Assembly: GCA_023412195.1 (NCBI GenBank)
Contig: JAEYNZ010000029.1
Span: forward strand, 74,228 to 138,227
DNA length: 64,000 bases
From: Bacteroidota bacterium
GTDB lineage: Bacteria > Bacteroidota > Bacteroidia > Bacteroidales > Prolixibacteraceae
Direction: 5' to 3'
Shown here: piece after piece, positions 37,490 through 47,488 of the stretch
Layout of the letters: each line of letters starts with the position of its first letter
How positions within the stretch are numbered: the stretch's first letter is position 1
Position numbers and translations under genes: made by a program
Notes under the pieces: model-generated
What the model was told of the DNA's origin: nothing
The model's database searches: none
Seen by the model: only the letters and a program-made list of their open reading frames with translations

Positions 37490-38725
37490 TTATTGTAAAA
37501 CCTGCTGAATAAAAGCAGGAGTTACAGTTAACATGATATAACCCCAATGCTGGCCGGTAGTATGATCACCACTTCCTTTAACCAGTTCCATATTTTCACT
37601 GGCGAACATGATCGACCATCCAGCACTGATTGTTGCAGCGGGTTCCACAGCCCAGCTTACTCCCAAATCAAGTTCTGTTCCCAGGTAATTGCCGGCATCA
37701 GCATTTACTTTTCCTGCTGATGCAAAATAGTGCAGCCATGCTTCTGCCGAAAATTTCTCCTTCTGAAAGCCGGATTTGAGGTAAATATCATTTAATCCTA
37801 CATTATTGATATGGTTTCCTACATAAAAGTAGTCCATGAACCCATTGAATTTATGATTGGTCCCATACAGTGGATTGAAGGCATAAATTTTATCATTTCT
37901 ATCGTAACTGTTTCCTGAAAGGTACTCATAACCGGCAGTTAATCCCTGTTTGAAATTTGCTTCCACAAGAAAATTTACAGCGCTGATGTCAGTGCCATTT
38001 GCAGTTTTTCCGGTTTGGTAATATAGGTTCGAAGCGAGGCCAACATTTTCAAGGGAATAAACAACACGGCCTCCGATTGTCTGGCTGTAACGTGTACGCT
38101 GGGTTTGGGCAGATTCAAAATAGGGTACACCATTATTTAAAAACAGAAGGCTTAATCCTGTATGGTCCCATGCCTTATTGAACCAGAGAAACTGCATGTT
38201 TTTATAGGCATCAGGTCCGGAATAATCGTTATCAGTAATGTTGGAATTTTCATGATGAGCAATGCCGAGGTGCATCTTAAATTCATCTTCAAGTTTAAAA
38301 AGAACCAGATCGTGAGAACGCGCCTGATGCACCCATCCCACATTGCCCAGAATCCGGTGGTCGTCATAAACAAGTTCCTGTCGTCCGGCCCTCATAGAAA
38401 GACCTGAAGTAAAAAACACTTCTGCCCATGCTTCATGCACAGAAGTAGCAAAATCTTCATTGGCGACCATTTGAGGCTGGCTCCCCCAGTAGCGGACATC
38501 CTGCAATACAAGCTTTGCCTTCACTGCTTCAACATTATAAAGTGCATTCAGCCTGGTTCTCTGAGCAGTAGCTATTGACATGTCCTGACCTTCTGCCGCC
38601 AATGTTTTATAACCTCTGCTGAATTCTGTACGCGGCCTGAACTCACCGGTCAGGCTGAATTGAGCAGATGCATCCTGCATCACAAATAAAAGCAGTGGCA
38701 GGATGCAGTAAAAAACTTTTTTCAT
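37490..38725 (-). CDS. outer-membrane beta-barrel protein (alginate-export/porin-like), probably co-transcribed with nrfHA
   Basis: Signal peptide (MKKVFYCILPLLLFVMQDASAQ), alternating beta-strand pattern, and aromatic-rich strands. It starts 1 nt after the nrfA stop. Confidence 0.65.
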   Translation of the reverse strand: MKKVFYCILPLLLFVMQDASAQFSLTGEFRPRTEFSRGYKTLAAEGQDMSIATAQRTRLNALYNVEAVKAKLVLQDVRYWGSQPQMVANEDFATSVHEAWAEVFFTSGLSMRAGRQELVYDDHRILGNVGWVHQARSHDLVLFKLEDEFKMHLGIAHHENSNITDNDYSGPDAYKNMQFLWFNKAWDHTGLSLLFLNNGVPYFESAQTQRTRYSQTIGGRVVYSLENVGLASNLYYQTGKTANGTDISAVNFLVEANFKQGLTAGYEYLSGNSYDRNDKIYAFNPLYGTNHKFNGFMDYFYVGNHINNVGLNDIYLKSGFQKEKFSAEAWLHYFASAGKVNADAGNYLGTELDLGVSWAVEPAATISAGWSIMFASENMELVKGSGDHTTGQHWGYIMLTVTPAFIQQVLQ

Positions 38726-38726
38726 G

Positions 38727-40256
38727 TTAATCCATTGATTGATTTACCATTGTTTTCCCCCAGGCTGCTTCACGTTCGGCTGCAATTTTATCCCATTCAG
38801 GAACTATGTTTTTCAGAAATTCTGCTTTTTGTGCACGCATATTTTCCATATTCAGGCCTATAAATTCTTGAGCCTTTGCTTTGGTGGAAATATCGGGGTA
38901 GGGAACTTCCTTGTTATGTCCAAGTTCTGAAAGGAGCCTGGCGAGGTCAATTCGTGTCTGCTGTACAATGTTGATAGCTGTCCCTATTAATCGGCTTAAT
39001 TCAAGGGGAGCATGAAAAGCATTGCCATGACCGGCAGCAGAATAATCCCAGCGCCACTGTGCATGCCGGATACCTGTAAGAATTTTTTCCATTTGTTGTT
39101 CGGTAGCTCCAAGGTCCCATGCGGTTTTCGCTTCAACATGAGCCCTTACAAGAAGTTGTTCAAGGGTACCACGTGTTTCAAGTACTTTGTCCTGATTCCT
39201 GTATACTGAGTTGATAAGTTCCTGCGTTTCCTCGCGATGGCATACCTGGCAGGAACTGGATACATTTTCAAGTGGCGACATGATTTTATGGTTTGTGAAC
39301 TTCTGTCCTCCTTCACTGATGTATGGCATGTGGCAATCGGCACATGAAACGCCCCGTTGTGCATGAATTCCAGTAAGATACACTTCATAATCAGGGTGCT
39401 GGGCCTTCAGCATGGGTGCCCTGCTTAATGCATGGGTCCAATCGGTGAAGCCTATGCTGTCGTAATATGCTTCCATAGCTTCTGCATTGAAGCCGTTATC
39501 CCAAGGAAAAACAAGATACTGTGCCCCTTCAGAAATATTCTTATTAAAGTAATATTCCACATGGCACTGAGCGCAAACCAGGCTTCTCATTTCCTGGTGT
39601 GTAGCTTGTGTAATATCACGTCCCATTCGTTCGAATGCTTCAATAAGTGCCGGCCTTTTGATCGCAAGATTCATTGTTTCAGCATCGTGACAATCAGCGC
39701 AACCTATGGGATTGGCAACTTCAGGGCCCATCTCAGCCCAGGTCTGTGAGTAAAAACCTGCCACACCCAGGTCATTCATCAAACGGGGTACATCGGGGCT
39801 TTTGCATGTCCAGCAGGTGGAAGGCTGGGGACCTTCATTAGGTCCTTTTGGTGCTCCGGTCCGAAGTGTTTCTGTAATATCTGTCAAAGAATAAAAATGC
39901 CCTCTGCTTTGGGTATAATCGGTTGAGAAGAGATAACCTGCCCATAAGACAACCATTTCGGGATGCCGTTCAAGCATGTCAATATGTACATTGCCATTGT
40001 ACTTGGTTTCAAACGTACTGTCGGATGTTGCATAATACGATTGAAACTCTCTGGGGAAGTTTTCTCCCCATACTTCATTCCGGGGATCAAACTGGTAAAT
40101 GGGATCCCGCGGTACATTGACATACGCTGCTTCTATTCTTCTTTCAACAATAGTTGAGGCCAACAGGCCAAGAAGGAATACGATTATAATCGTAAGAATA
40201 AAAAGTACCCATGCCAGCCATGGGCGTTTTTCGGTTAATTCGCTGATCGTGCTCAT
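38727..40256 (-). CDS. nrfA: ammonia-forming pentaheme cytochrome c nitrite reductase NrfA
   Basis: Five heme motifs, including the diagnostic CWTCK (CxxCK) plus CADCH, CAQCH, CADCH and CQVCH. N-terminal membrane anchor or signal. Confidence 0.93.
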   Translation of the reverse strand: MSTISELTEKRPWLAWVLFILTIIIVFLLGLLASTIVERRIEAAYVNVPRDPIYQFDPRNEVWGENFPREFQSYYATSDSTFETKYNGNVHIDMLERHPEMVVLWAGYLFSTDYTQSRGHFYSLTDITETLRTGAPKGPNEGPQPSTCWTCKSPDVPRLMNDLGVAGFYSQTWAEMGPEVANPIGCADCHDAETMNLAIKRPALIEAFERMGRDITQATHQEMRSLVCAQCHVEYYFNKNISEGAQYLVFPWDNGFNAEAMEAYYDSIGFTDWTHALSRAPMLKAQHPDYEVYLTGIHAQRGVSCADCHMPYISEGGQKFTNHKIMSPLENVSSSCQVCHREETQELINSVYRNQDKVLETRGTLEQLLVRAHVEAKTAWDLGATEQQMEKILTGIRHAQWRWDYSAAGHGNAFHAPLELSRLIGTAINIVQQTRIDLARLLSELGHNKEVPYPDISTKAKAQEFIGLNMENMRAQKAEFLKNIVPEWDKIAAEREAAWGKTMVNQSMD

Positions 40257-40296
40257 TAGTAGCTATTTTTAGTTATTATTTTATATACGCGGTTTT

Positions 40297-40869
40297 TTAA
40301 CGACTTCTCAGATTTCTCAGCCATTCAGGTACCGGATTTTCAAGCAGGGGAACGCGGGCATTAGGTACACTCGAAAGGCTGTTAACCCTTCCATGGGGTA
40401 CTTCCCTGTGGCAATCAACACATCTTCTGTCTGTCATATGAACATCATGATTTGCGACTGATGCATTCAGTTTGGGGTCAACCAGCAGTTGGGAATGGCA
40501 GCGGATACAATTATTCTGGACCACCTTTGCCCCCTCTTCAAGTATGAATATTACCTGAGGTTCTTTTCTTAAGGTGAAAATTGTAGCATGGCGCAAACCA
40601 TCCTTTGCTTTAAAATAATAATGATTAAAAATATTATCCTGGGGAACATGGCAATCGTTGCAGGTTGCTACCTCCCGGTGTGAACTGTGGCTCCATGTTG
40701 CATACTGTGGCGACATGATGTGGCAGTTCATACAGGTTTCCGGTTTATCGGAAAGGTAAGAATGTGCCTTTGATATATAAAAGGTGAATAAAATGACTCC
40801 CAGTAACAGACTGGTTGCTATCATCACTGGAAATCTCCACCTGGGTGGCGGTAACAGTTTTTTCAGCAT
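40297..40869 (-). CDS. nrfH: cytochrome c nitrite reductase small subunit NrfH (NapC/NirT family tetraheme quinol dehydrogenase)
   Basis: One N-terminal TM helix and four CxxCH motifs (CMNCH, CNDCH, CIRCH, CVDCH). Start moved to the ATG at 40869. Confidence 0.9.
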   Translation of the reverse strand: MLKKLLPPPRWRFPVMIATSLLLGVILFTFYISKAHSYLSDKPETCMNCHIMSPQYATWSHSSHREVATCNDCHVPQDNIFNHYYFKAKDGLRHATIFTLRKEPQVIFILEEGAKVVQNNCIRCHSQLLVDPKLNASVANHDVHMTDRRCVDCHREVPHGRVNSLSSVPNARVPLLENPVPEWLRNLRSR

Positions 40870-41073
40870 AATCTGATATGTTGATTTTTTTTTTACAATA
40901 TAATGATTTTTTTCTTTTATGGATTGTACCAAATGTTACAAGCAGCAAAAATTCATACCGCTGGTAAGAAAATATTAATAAAAGCTATTTACAGATAAAT
41001 ATTAAAATACAATGCCCTGTTTTCTCCGTTCTTTCTTTTAATTTTAATGCATTATCAAAAAACCAAATTTGAA

Positions 41074-42309
41074 ATGAAGAAAATCTTTTTTACCGCTTTT
41101 TTCATTATTATTTCTTTATATGGTTACTCCCAGGGATTTATTACATCAAAAAATATACAGGTTGATTTTTCAGGATTTGTCAGGAATGACTTTTTTATTG
41201 ATTCGCGAAACAATGTATGTGCCTGTGATCACCTGCTTGAATTCTACCCGTACAAACCGGTATATGATGTAAATGGAGGTGATATAAATGCAAGGCCCAG
41301 TGCTCACTTGCTGAATACATTTTCAAGGTTCGGAACACGTTTCTCAGGACTTGAAATCGGGAAAGCAAAAATATCTGCATACGTGGAAGCCGATTTTACA
41401 GGTTTTGCAGAAACAAACGGGCTGCGCCTCAGGCATGCATATACAAGTTTTGCATGGCAAAAATCTACATTGATGTTCGGAAGGGCATGGCATCCTACTT
41501 TTATTGAAAAAGTATATCCATCGGTATTGAATGAAAATACGGGGCTTCCGTTCCAGGTTTTTAACCGCAGTCCCCAGGTGCGACTTACACATAAACTGAA
41601 CAACCATCTTGATTTTATTGCGGCTGCGGTTTACCAGTTTAATTATGCCAATCAGGGACCCTCCGGAAAAACATATCGTTACCAGCGTGAAGCTGTCGTT
41701 CCCAATCTGCATGCCCAACTGCAGTATTATGATGAGAATTGGGTAATAGGTGCAGCTGTTGATTGGAAAAGCATTCTTCCCCGTACATCAACTTCCGGGA
41801 TCCAGGGTGTATTTAAGGCAGATCAGAAATTAAATACATGGGCTGCATTGGCTTATATGAAGTATACAAAAAATCTGTTTGAAATGAAGGTGAAATCAAT
41901 GTTCGGTCAGAATGTAAGTGAAAGCCTTCTGCCCGGAGGTTATGCCGTTGCAGCTGTAAATCCTGAAACCGGTGCAGAAACATATACTCCATTAAACCAC
42001 ATTTACAACTGGATCAACTTTACGTATGGACAGAAATGGAAGGTTGGGGTATTTGCAGGGTATTTGAAGAATTTAGGCACAACCGATCAGCCGGCGGGGC
42101 CTTTTTATGGCCTGGGCACTGATTTGGATTTGGTCTATAAGATTTCGCCCCAGCTGATTTATACTTACCGCAACTTCATGCTGGGATTTGAGTTGAGTAT
42201 GACAACTGCTCATTATGGCGATATAGATTTTTCTGACTTTGGAAAAGTTAAAAACACTGTTGATGTGACGAATTTCAGAAATATGATTTCAGTTGCTTAC
42301 AGTTTTTAA
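41074..42309 (+). CDS. outer-membrane beta-barrel / porin-like protein, divergent from nrfH
   Basis: Signal peptide (MKKIFFTAFFIIISLYGYSQ), beta-strand periodicity, and a C-terminal aromatic residue (…VAYSF). Confidence 0.6.
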   Translation: MKKIFFTAFFIIISLYGYSQGFITSKNIQVDFSGFVRNDFFIDSRNNVCACDHLLEFYPYKPVYDVNGGDINARPSAHLLNTFSRFGTRFSGLEIGKAKISAYVEADFTGFAETNGLRLRHAYTSFAWQKSTLMFGRAWHPTFIEKVYPSVLNENTGLPFQVFNRSPQVRLTHKLNNHLDFIAAAVYQFNYANQGPSGKTYRYQREAVVPNLHAQLQYYDENWVIGAAVDWKSILPRTSTSGIQGVFKADQKLNTWAALAYMKYTKNLFEMKVKSMFGQNVSESLLPGGYAVAAVNPETGAETYTPLNHIYNWINFTYGQKWKVGVFAGYLKNLGTTDQPAGPFYGLGTDLDLVYKISPQLIYTYRNFMLGFELSMTTAHYGDIDFSDFGKVKNTVDVTNFRNMISVAYSF

Positions 42310-42390
42310 ATTTCCTTTTATTTTTGTTTATTAAATGTAAAAATAAATAGTCAGGGTTATACATACTCCGGCGACCGTAATTCAACTACT

Positions 42391-42822
42391 ATGGCATTCG
42401 AAGTTTCCGTGTTTCTTGAGAACAAAATAACGCATTTTGAAAAGATTACCAATGTCCTGAAAAAGGAGCGAATTAATATCCGTTCCCTTACACTGGCAAG
42501 CATGATTCATGGCTGGGGCGTTCTGAACTTATTGGTCGATCAGCCGGAAAAAGCCTATCAGGCTCTTTCTGAACAAGGGAATTCAGTGGCACTTCGCGAA
42601 GTGATTGCCCTTGAAATGAAAGATGAAACAGGCGGATTGGATGATTTGCTTGTAAAAATTTCACGGGCTGGCATTCATATTGAAAATGCTTACACCCGGC
42701 TGATTTCACAAACTAATATGGCTGTCCTTCTGCTTGATGTGCCTGATGTGCTGGAAGCGAAAAGCTTATTAGCAAAAAATGGCATTCCCATTCTTGATGA
42801 ACAAACCGTATATGGCAAGTAA
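42391..42822 (+). CDS. ACT domain-containing protein (tandem ACT)
   Basis: 143 aa. The VSVFLENK opening and two beta-alpha-beta-beta-alpha-beta-like halves resemble the paralog at 44175. Confidence 0.7.
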   Translation: MAFEVSVFLENKITHFEKITNVLKKERINIRSLTLASMIHGWGVLNLLVDQPEKAYQALSEQGNSVALREVIALEMKDETGGLDDLLVKISRAGIHIENAYTRLISQTNMAVLLLDVPDVLEAKSLLAKNGIPILDEQTVYGK

Positions 42823-42870
42823 ATGGTTAACCTCTTTCACCATTATCTAAACTGAATAAATCTCTTGAGG

Positions 42871-44169
42871 ATGATCTGGAACGAAAAGGCAGAATGTGCT
42901 TCCCGCGCTGAAATGGCAGCCATTCAAAGTGAAAGACTGGTTAATACCGTTCAGCGCATATATCATAACATTCCCAGCTACAGGGGGAAAATGCAGGAAA
43001 AGGGGCTGGTACCGGCCGATATCCGGTCGGTGGATGATCTGAAAAATCTTCCCTTTACCAATAAGGCTGATCTACGAAATAATTACCCTTTCGGCATGTT
43101 TACAGTTCCCATGAGTGAAATAGTCAGGGTGCATGCAAGCTCTGGAACTACGGGTAAACCTACGGTTGTCGGATATACCCGTAATGATCTGAATATGTGG
43201 GCTGAAGTGGTTACAAGGGCACTATGTATGTCGGGCGTTCATAAAAACGATATCGTTCAGGTGGCATATGGGTATGGTCTTTTTACCGGAGGACTTGGTC
43301 TACACTACGGAACTGAAAACCTGGGTGCTACAGTGATACCCATTTCTGGAGGAAATACCAAAAAACAAATCCAGCTGATGCAGGATTTCGGGACTTCAGT
43401 CATTGCGTGTACTCCTTCCTACGCTTTATACCTGGCCGAGGTGATGCAGGAAATGGGCATTGACCCCGAAACACTGAAACTGAGGGTAGGTATTTTCGGA
43501 GCTGAACCCTGGAGCGAAAATATGAGGAAGGAGATTGAATTAAAACTCAACCTGAAAGCTATAGATATATATGGACTCAGTGAAGTGGTGGGGCCCGGGG
43601 TTTCATGCGAATGTGAATACCAGGCGGGCATGCACATCAATGAAGATCATTTCATCCCTGAAATCATAGACCCGGAAACATTGGAGCCATTGCCTCCGGG
43701 TCGATTGGGTGAACTGGTGTTTTCAACAGTAACCAAGGAAGGCATTCCAATCCTGCGGTACCGCACACGCGATCTGACCCGCCTCATTTATGACAGGTGT
43801 GCATGCGGCAGGACCCTTGTGAGAATGGAGAAATGTACCGGCCGCACTGATGATATGCTGATCATAAGGGGGGTTAATGTTTTCCCTTCCCAAATAGAAA
43901 GTGTGTTGCTTGAAATGAGTGAAACAGAACCTCATTACCTGTTGATTGTTGATCGGGAAGGTTCGCTGGATGTACTTAAACTGCTGGTTGAAGTGCAGGA
44001 ACAGTTCTTTTCTGATGAAATCAGGGAACTGGAAGCACTACGAAAAAAAATAGCAGGCAACATCCAGAGCACCCTGGGTGTCTCCGTTGATGTTAAGCTG
44101 GTGGAGCCAAAAACAATTGAAAGAACAGCAGGCAAGGCAAAAAGAGTTATTGATAATCGCAAATACTAG
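42871..44169 (+). CDS. paaK: phenylacetate--CoA ligase (PaaK family adenylate-forming enzyme)
   Basis: About 430 aa with the AMP-binding motif [14 protein letters not shown], and the typical PaaK N-terminus ([21 protein letters not shown]). Confidence 0.85.
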   Translation: MIWNEKAECASRAEMAAIQSERLVNTVQRIYHNIPSYRGKMQEKGLVPADIRSVDDLKNLPFTNKADLRNNYPFGMFTVPMSEIVRVHASSGTTGKPTVVGYTRNDLNMWAEVVTRALCMSGVHKNDIVQVAYGYGLFTGGLGLHYGTENLGATVIPISGGNTKKQIQLMQDFGTSVIACTPSYALYLAEVMQEMGIDPETLKLRVGIFGAEPWSENMRKEIELKLNLKAIDIYGLSEVVGPGVSCECEYQAGMHINEDHFIPEIIDPETLEPLPPGRLGELVFSTVTKEGIPILRYRTRDLTRLIYDRCACGRTLVRMEKCTGRTDDMLIIRGVNVFPSQIESVLLEMSETEPHYLLIVDREGSLDVLKLLVEVQEQFFSDEIRELEALRKKIAGNIQSTLGVSVDVKLVEPKTIERTAGKAKRVIDNRKY

Positions 44170-44174
44170 ATATT

Positions 44175-44603
44175 ATGAGAGCAAAACAAGTATCGGTTTT
44201 TTTGGAGAATAAACTGGGAAGGCTTCACGAAGTTGCACATATTCTGGGTGAAGCCGGGGTTAACATCTCTGCCTTTACGGTTGCCGATACCTCCGATTTT
44301 GGAGTCGTGAGGCTTATAGTTTCCGACCCTGATAAAGCCTGTCAGGTGCTGAAGGCAAATCATTTTAGCGTCAGGTCAACCGATGTTGTGCTTGTAAACA
44401 GCCCGAATACACCCGGCGCATTGTCTTTTATGCTGCAGATTCTGAACAAGGAGGAAATATTTATTGAATACCTGTATGCTTTTTCAATGAACGACAATTA
44501 TGCAGTATTTGTGATCCGGCCGACTGATATTGACAAATGTGTGGAAAGGCTTCAAAAGCATCAGGAAGAGTTATCGGGCAGGGGAGGGCAGTACAGTCTG
44601 TAA
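44175..44603 (+). CDS. ACT domain-containing protein (tandem ACT)
   Basis: 142 aa. VSVFLENKLGRLHEVAHILGEAGVNISAF. Paralog of 42391-42822, flanking paaK on the other side. Confidence 0.7.
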   Translation: MRAKQVSVFLENKLGRLHEVAHILGEAGVNISAFTVADTSDFGVVRLIVSDPDKACQVLKANHFSVRSTDVVLVNSPNTPGALSFMLQILNKEEIFIEYLYAFSMNDNYAVFVIRPTDIDKCVERLQKHQEELSGRGGQYSL

Positions 44604-44687
44604 GGCAATCTTCAGAAGAACGGAGAAGAGAAGGTGCTGTTGTGACTGCCATAATTCGTATATTTACATCCATTATTATACATACAA

Positions 44688-45524
44688 ATGAAACGAATAG
44701 CTGTACAGGGAATAATCGGATCCTTTCATGAGGATGCTGCGCAGAAATATTTTAATGAAAAAATTGAGGTGGTTGAATGCAAATCGTTTACAAGCGTATG
44801 TAAACTTGTTGATACCGATAAGGTCGATTATGCAGTGCTGGCCATTGAGAATTCTATTGCCGGAAGCCTGCTGAAGAATTACCAGCTTATAAGGGATTAC
44901 CACCTTCGGATCATCGGTGAACTTTACCTGCATATTCAAATGAATCTTATGGCTGTACCGGGAGTGAAGCCTTCTGACATAACTGATATTTATTCACACC
45001 CCATTGCCTTACAGCAGTGTGTGGAATACATTGAAAAGTATTTTCCTGATGCAGAACTCCATGAAGGCATGGACACTGCAAGTGCAGCTAAATTTGTTTC
45101 GGAAGAAAAATCTCCGAATGCTGCTGCAATTGGTAACCTGCGTTCTGCACAGCTTTACAATCTGAATATTCTTGAAACAGGCATTGAGACAAATAAAAAG
45201 AATTATACAAGATTTCTGATTCTTGCGAAACATGGCAATCCAACTGAACATGCAAATAAAGCTTCCCTGTGCTTTGAGGTCGGCCATTTTTACGGAGCGC
45301 TTGCCCGGGTGCTGAATGTATTTTCTGAAAATGAAATCAACCTTGCCAAAATACAATCAGTGCCTGTCATAGGAAAGCCTAATGAATACACCATCCATGT
45401 AGATGTGGAATGGGATGTACTTGAACGGTATGAGAAAGCAATCCACCAGGTGCTGAAAAGTGTTTCCAGCCTGGCAATTTTAGGGGAGTATGAGCGGGGT
45501 GAGATATCTATGCACGATCAGTAA
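44688..45524 (+). CDS. pheA: prephenate dehydratase
   Basis: PDT domain (IAVQGIIGSFHEDAA, the TRF motif in NYTRFLIL) plus a C-terminal ACT domain. Confidence 0.85.
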   Translation: MKRIAVQGIIGSFHEDAAQKYFNEKIEVVECKSFTSVCKLVDTDKVDYAVLAIENSIAGSLLKNYQLIRDYHLRIIGELYLHIQMNLMAVPGVKPSDITDIYSHPIALQQCVEYIEKYFPDAELHEGMDTASAAKFVSEEKSPNAAAIGNLRSAQLYNLNILETGIETNKKNYTRFLILAKHGNPTEHANKASLCFEVGHFYGALARVLNVFSENEINLAKIQSVPVIGKPNEYTIHVDVEWDVLERYEKAIHQVLKSVSSLAILGEYERGEISMHDQ

Positions 45525-45544
45525 AAATTTTTAAGAGTAAAGAT

Positions 45545-46069
45545 ATGAGCAAAACAGCAATTTTTTTTGGGCCTTTAAATGGAGCTGTTCACCGGGTGGC
45601 CAATAAGTTGAAAGATGCCATCGGAGAAGAAAAGGTGGAAATGGTACCGGTAAAGGATGCAACTGTCGATGATATTAACAGGTTTGATAAAATTATTTTC
45701 GGATTATCAACTGTTGGTAAAGAAACCTGGGAATCTATTTATACAAATGTGGATTGGGCTAAGTTTCTCCCTGAAATAGGAAAAACCAGCTATGAAGGCA
45801 AAACAGTTGCCATTTTCGGACTGGGTGACCACATCACCTATGCAGCTACATTTGTCGATCATATCGGGCTGCTTGCCAATGAACTTAAAGCCCATGGGGC
45901 TACTTTAGTCGGTCAGGTTCCCGAAGATGCATATGAATATGAAAGTTCAGAAGCAGTAGTGGATGGTAAATTCATGGGATTGCCTGTTGACGAAGATTTT
46001 GAACCTGAACTGACTGATGAACGGGTAAATAGCTGGGTGGAGCAGATCAGACCACATTTTGGCTTTTAA
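45545..46069 (+). CDS. long-chain flavodoxin-like protein with a divergent FMN-phosphate loop
   Basis: The C-terminal two thirds resemble FldA (FGLGDHITYAATF..., GLPVDEDFEPELTDERVNSWVEQI). The N-terminal loop reads FFGPLNGAVH instead of the canonical G-S/T-x-T-G-x-T. Confidence 0.7.
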   Translation: MSKTAIFFGPLNGAVHRVANKLKDAIGEEKVEMVPVKDATVDDINRFDKIIFGLSTVGKETWESIYTNVDWAKFLPEIGKTSYEGKTVAIFGLGDHITYAATFVDHIGLLANELKAHGATLVGQVPEDAYEYESSEAVVDGKFMGLPVDEDFEPELTDERVNSWVEQIRPHFGF

Positions 46070-46159
46070 AATCTTTCAGAAATAACTATCTGCTGCACCG
46101 TGAAAAACCGGTAGCACGTCATATCAGTATTTACAACTTTTTATAATCTATATTGTATT

Positions 46160-47473
46160 ATGGATCATCCACCCGTCAGCAGAGAAGTAATTGACCGTAT
46201 AATAAAAGAGCTTCGTATTTCTGATCCCGGCAAAGCTTCCATTCGTGAAATAGTTGCACTGGTAAACCATGTTGAGGAAGAAACAGGTGAGAAATATATA
46301 AGAATGGAAATGGGAGTGCCTGGATTGCCACCATCGCAGATAGGTGTTGATGCTGAAATAGAGGCTCTCCGACGTGGTGTTGCTGCAGTTTATCCCATGG
46401 TTGACGGAATAAAGCCACTAAAAGAAGAGGCGTCACGTTTCGTCAGAAACTTCATGAACATAAATGTCAGCCCGAAAGGATGCATCCCTACTGTTGGCTC
46501 TATGCAGGGAACGTATGCTGCATTTCTTGCTGCTGCCCATACTATTGAAGGGAAAGATACAACCCTTTTTATCGATCCGGGTTTTCCTGTGCAAAAACAG
46601 CAGATGATGGTGCTTGGACAGAAGTATGAAACCTTCGACGTATTTCATTTCAGAGGTAATTTGCTGAAAGGTAAACTTGAGGAATACCTCGAAAAAGGCA
46701 ATATATGTTCAATTGTCTATTCTAACCCGAATAATCCCGCCTGGATTTGTTTTACGGAAGAGGAACTTCAGGTTATCGGAGAACTTGCTGTTGCATATGA
46801 TGTCATTGTGATGGAAGATCTGGCTTACTTTGGAATGGATTTCCGGCACGACTTATCGCAGCCGGGGCAGCCACCATTTCAACCTACAGTAGCCCGTTAC
46901 ACCGATAATTATATTTTGTTTATATCCAGTTCTAAAATATTCTCCTATGCAGGGCAGCGTTGCGGACTGATGATCATTTCTGACAGATTGGGCAGCCGCG
47001 ACTATCCGGCACTGAAAAAAAGGTTCGGCGGGACCGACTTTGTAAGTACAATCACCCTGCGCTTGTTGTATTCATTTTCATCAGGTACCAGCCATTCAGC
47101 CCAATGGGCCCTGGCTGCCATGCTAAAAGCTGCAAACGAAGGCCGTTTTAATTTTGTTGAAGGTGTTAAGGAGTACGGCAGAAAAGCAGGGATCATGAAA
47201 AAAATGTTTCTTGACAACGGTTTTCATATTGTTTATAAAGATGATTTGGACCAACCCATTGCCGATGGTTTTTATTTTACAATTTCCTATCCGGGGATGA
47301 CAGGAAATGAACTTGTAGCCAATCTGCTGTATTATGGCATCAGTGCCATTGCACTGGATAATACTGGCAGTCATGAAGAAGGAATCAGAGCTTGTGTTTC
47401 ATTTGTTAAAAGGGAACAGTTCGATGTGCTCGATCAAAGGTTGAAGTTGTTTAACAGCCATTTTTCGAAATAA
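46160..47473 (+). CDS. PLP-dependent aminotransferase (class I/II fold)
   Basis: 437 aa with the Schiff-base Lys context SSSKIFSYAGQRCG and the YSNPNNP motif. Confidence 0.8.
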   Translation: MDHPPVSREVIDRIIKELRISDPGKASIREIVALVNHVEEETGEKYIRMEMGVPGLPPSQIGVDAEIEALRRGVAAVYPMVDGIKPLKEEASRFVRNFMNINVSPKGCIPTVGSMQGTYAAFLAAAHTIEGKDTTLFIDPGFPVQKQQMMVLGQKYETFDVFHFRGNLLKGKLEEYLEKGNICSIVYSNPNNPAWICFTEEELQVIGELAVAYDVIVMEDLAYFGMDFRHDLSQPGQPPFQPTVARYTDNYILFISSSKIFSYAGQRCGLMIISDRLGSRDYPALKKRFGGTDFVSTITLRLLYSFSSGTSHSAQWALAAMLKAANEGRFNFVEGVKEYGRKAGIMKKMFLDNGFHIVYKDDLDQPIADGFYFTISYPGMTGNELVANLLYYGISAIALDNTGSHEEGIRACVSFVKREQFDVLDQRLKLFNSHFSK

Positions 47474-47488
47474 AATGACCCCCTTTTG

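Noticed and set aside
40941-40957. Sigma-54-like element upstream of nrfH on the minus strand (GGTATGAATTTTTGC).
   Set aside because: The GG to GC spacing is 11 nt instead of the strict 10. The -24 region is GGTAT rather than TGGCAC. It cannot be supported as a promoter from sequence alone.
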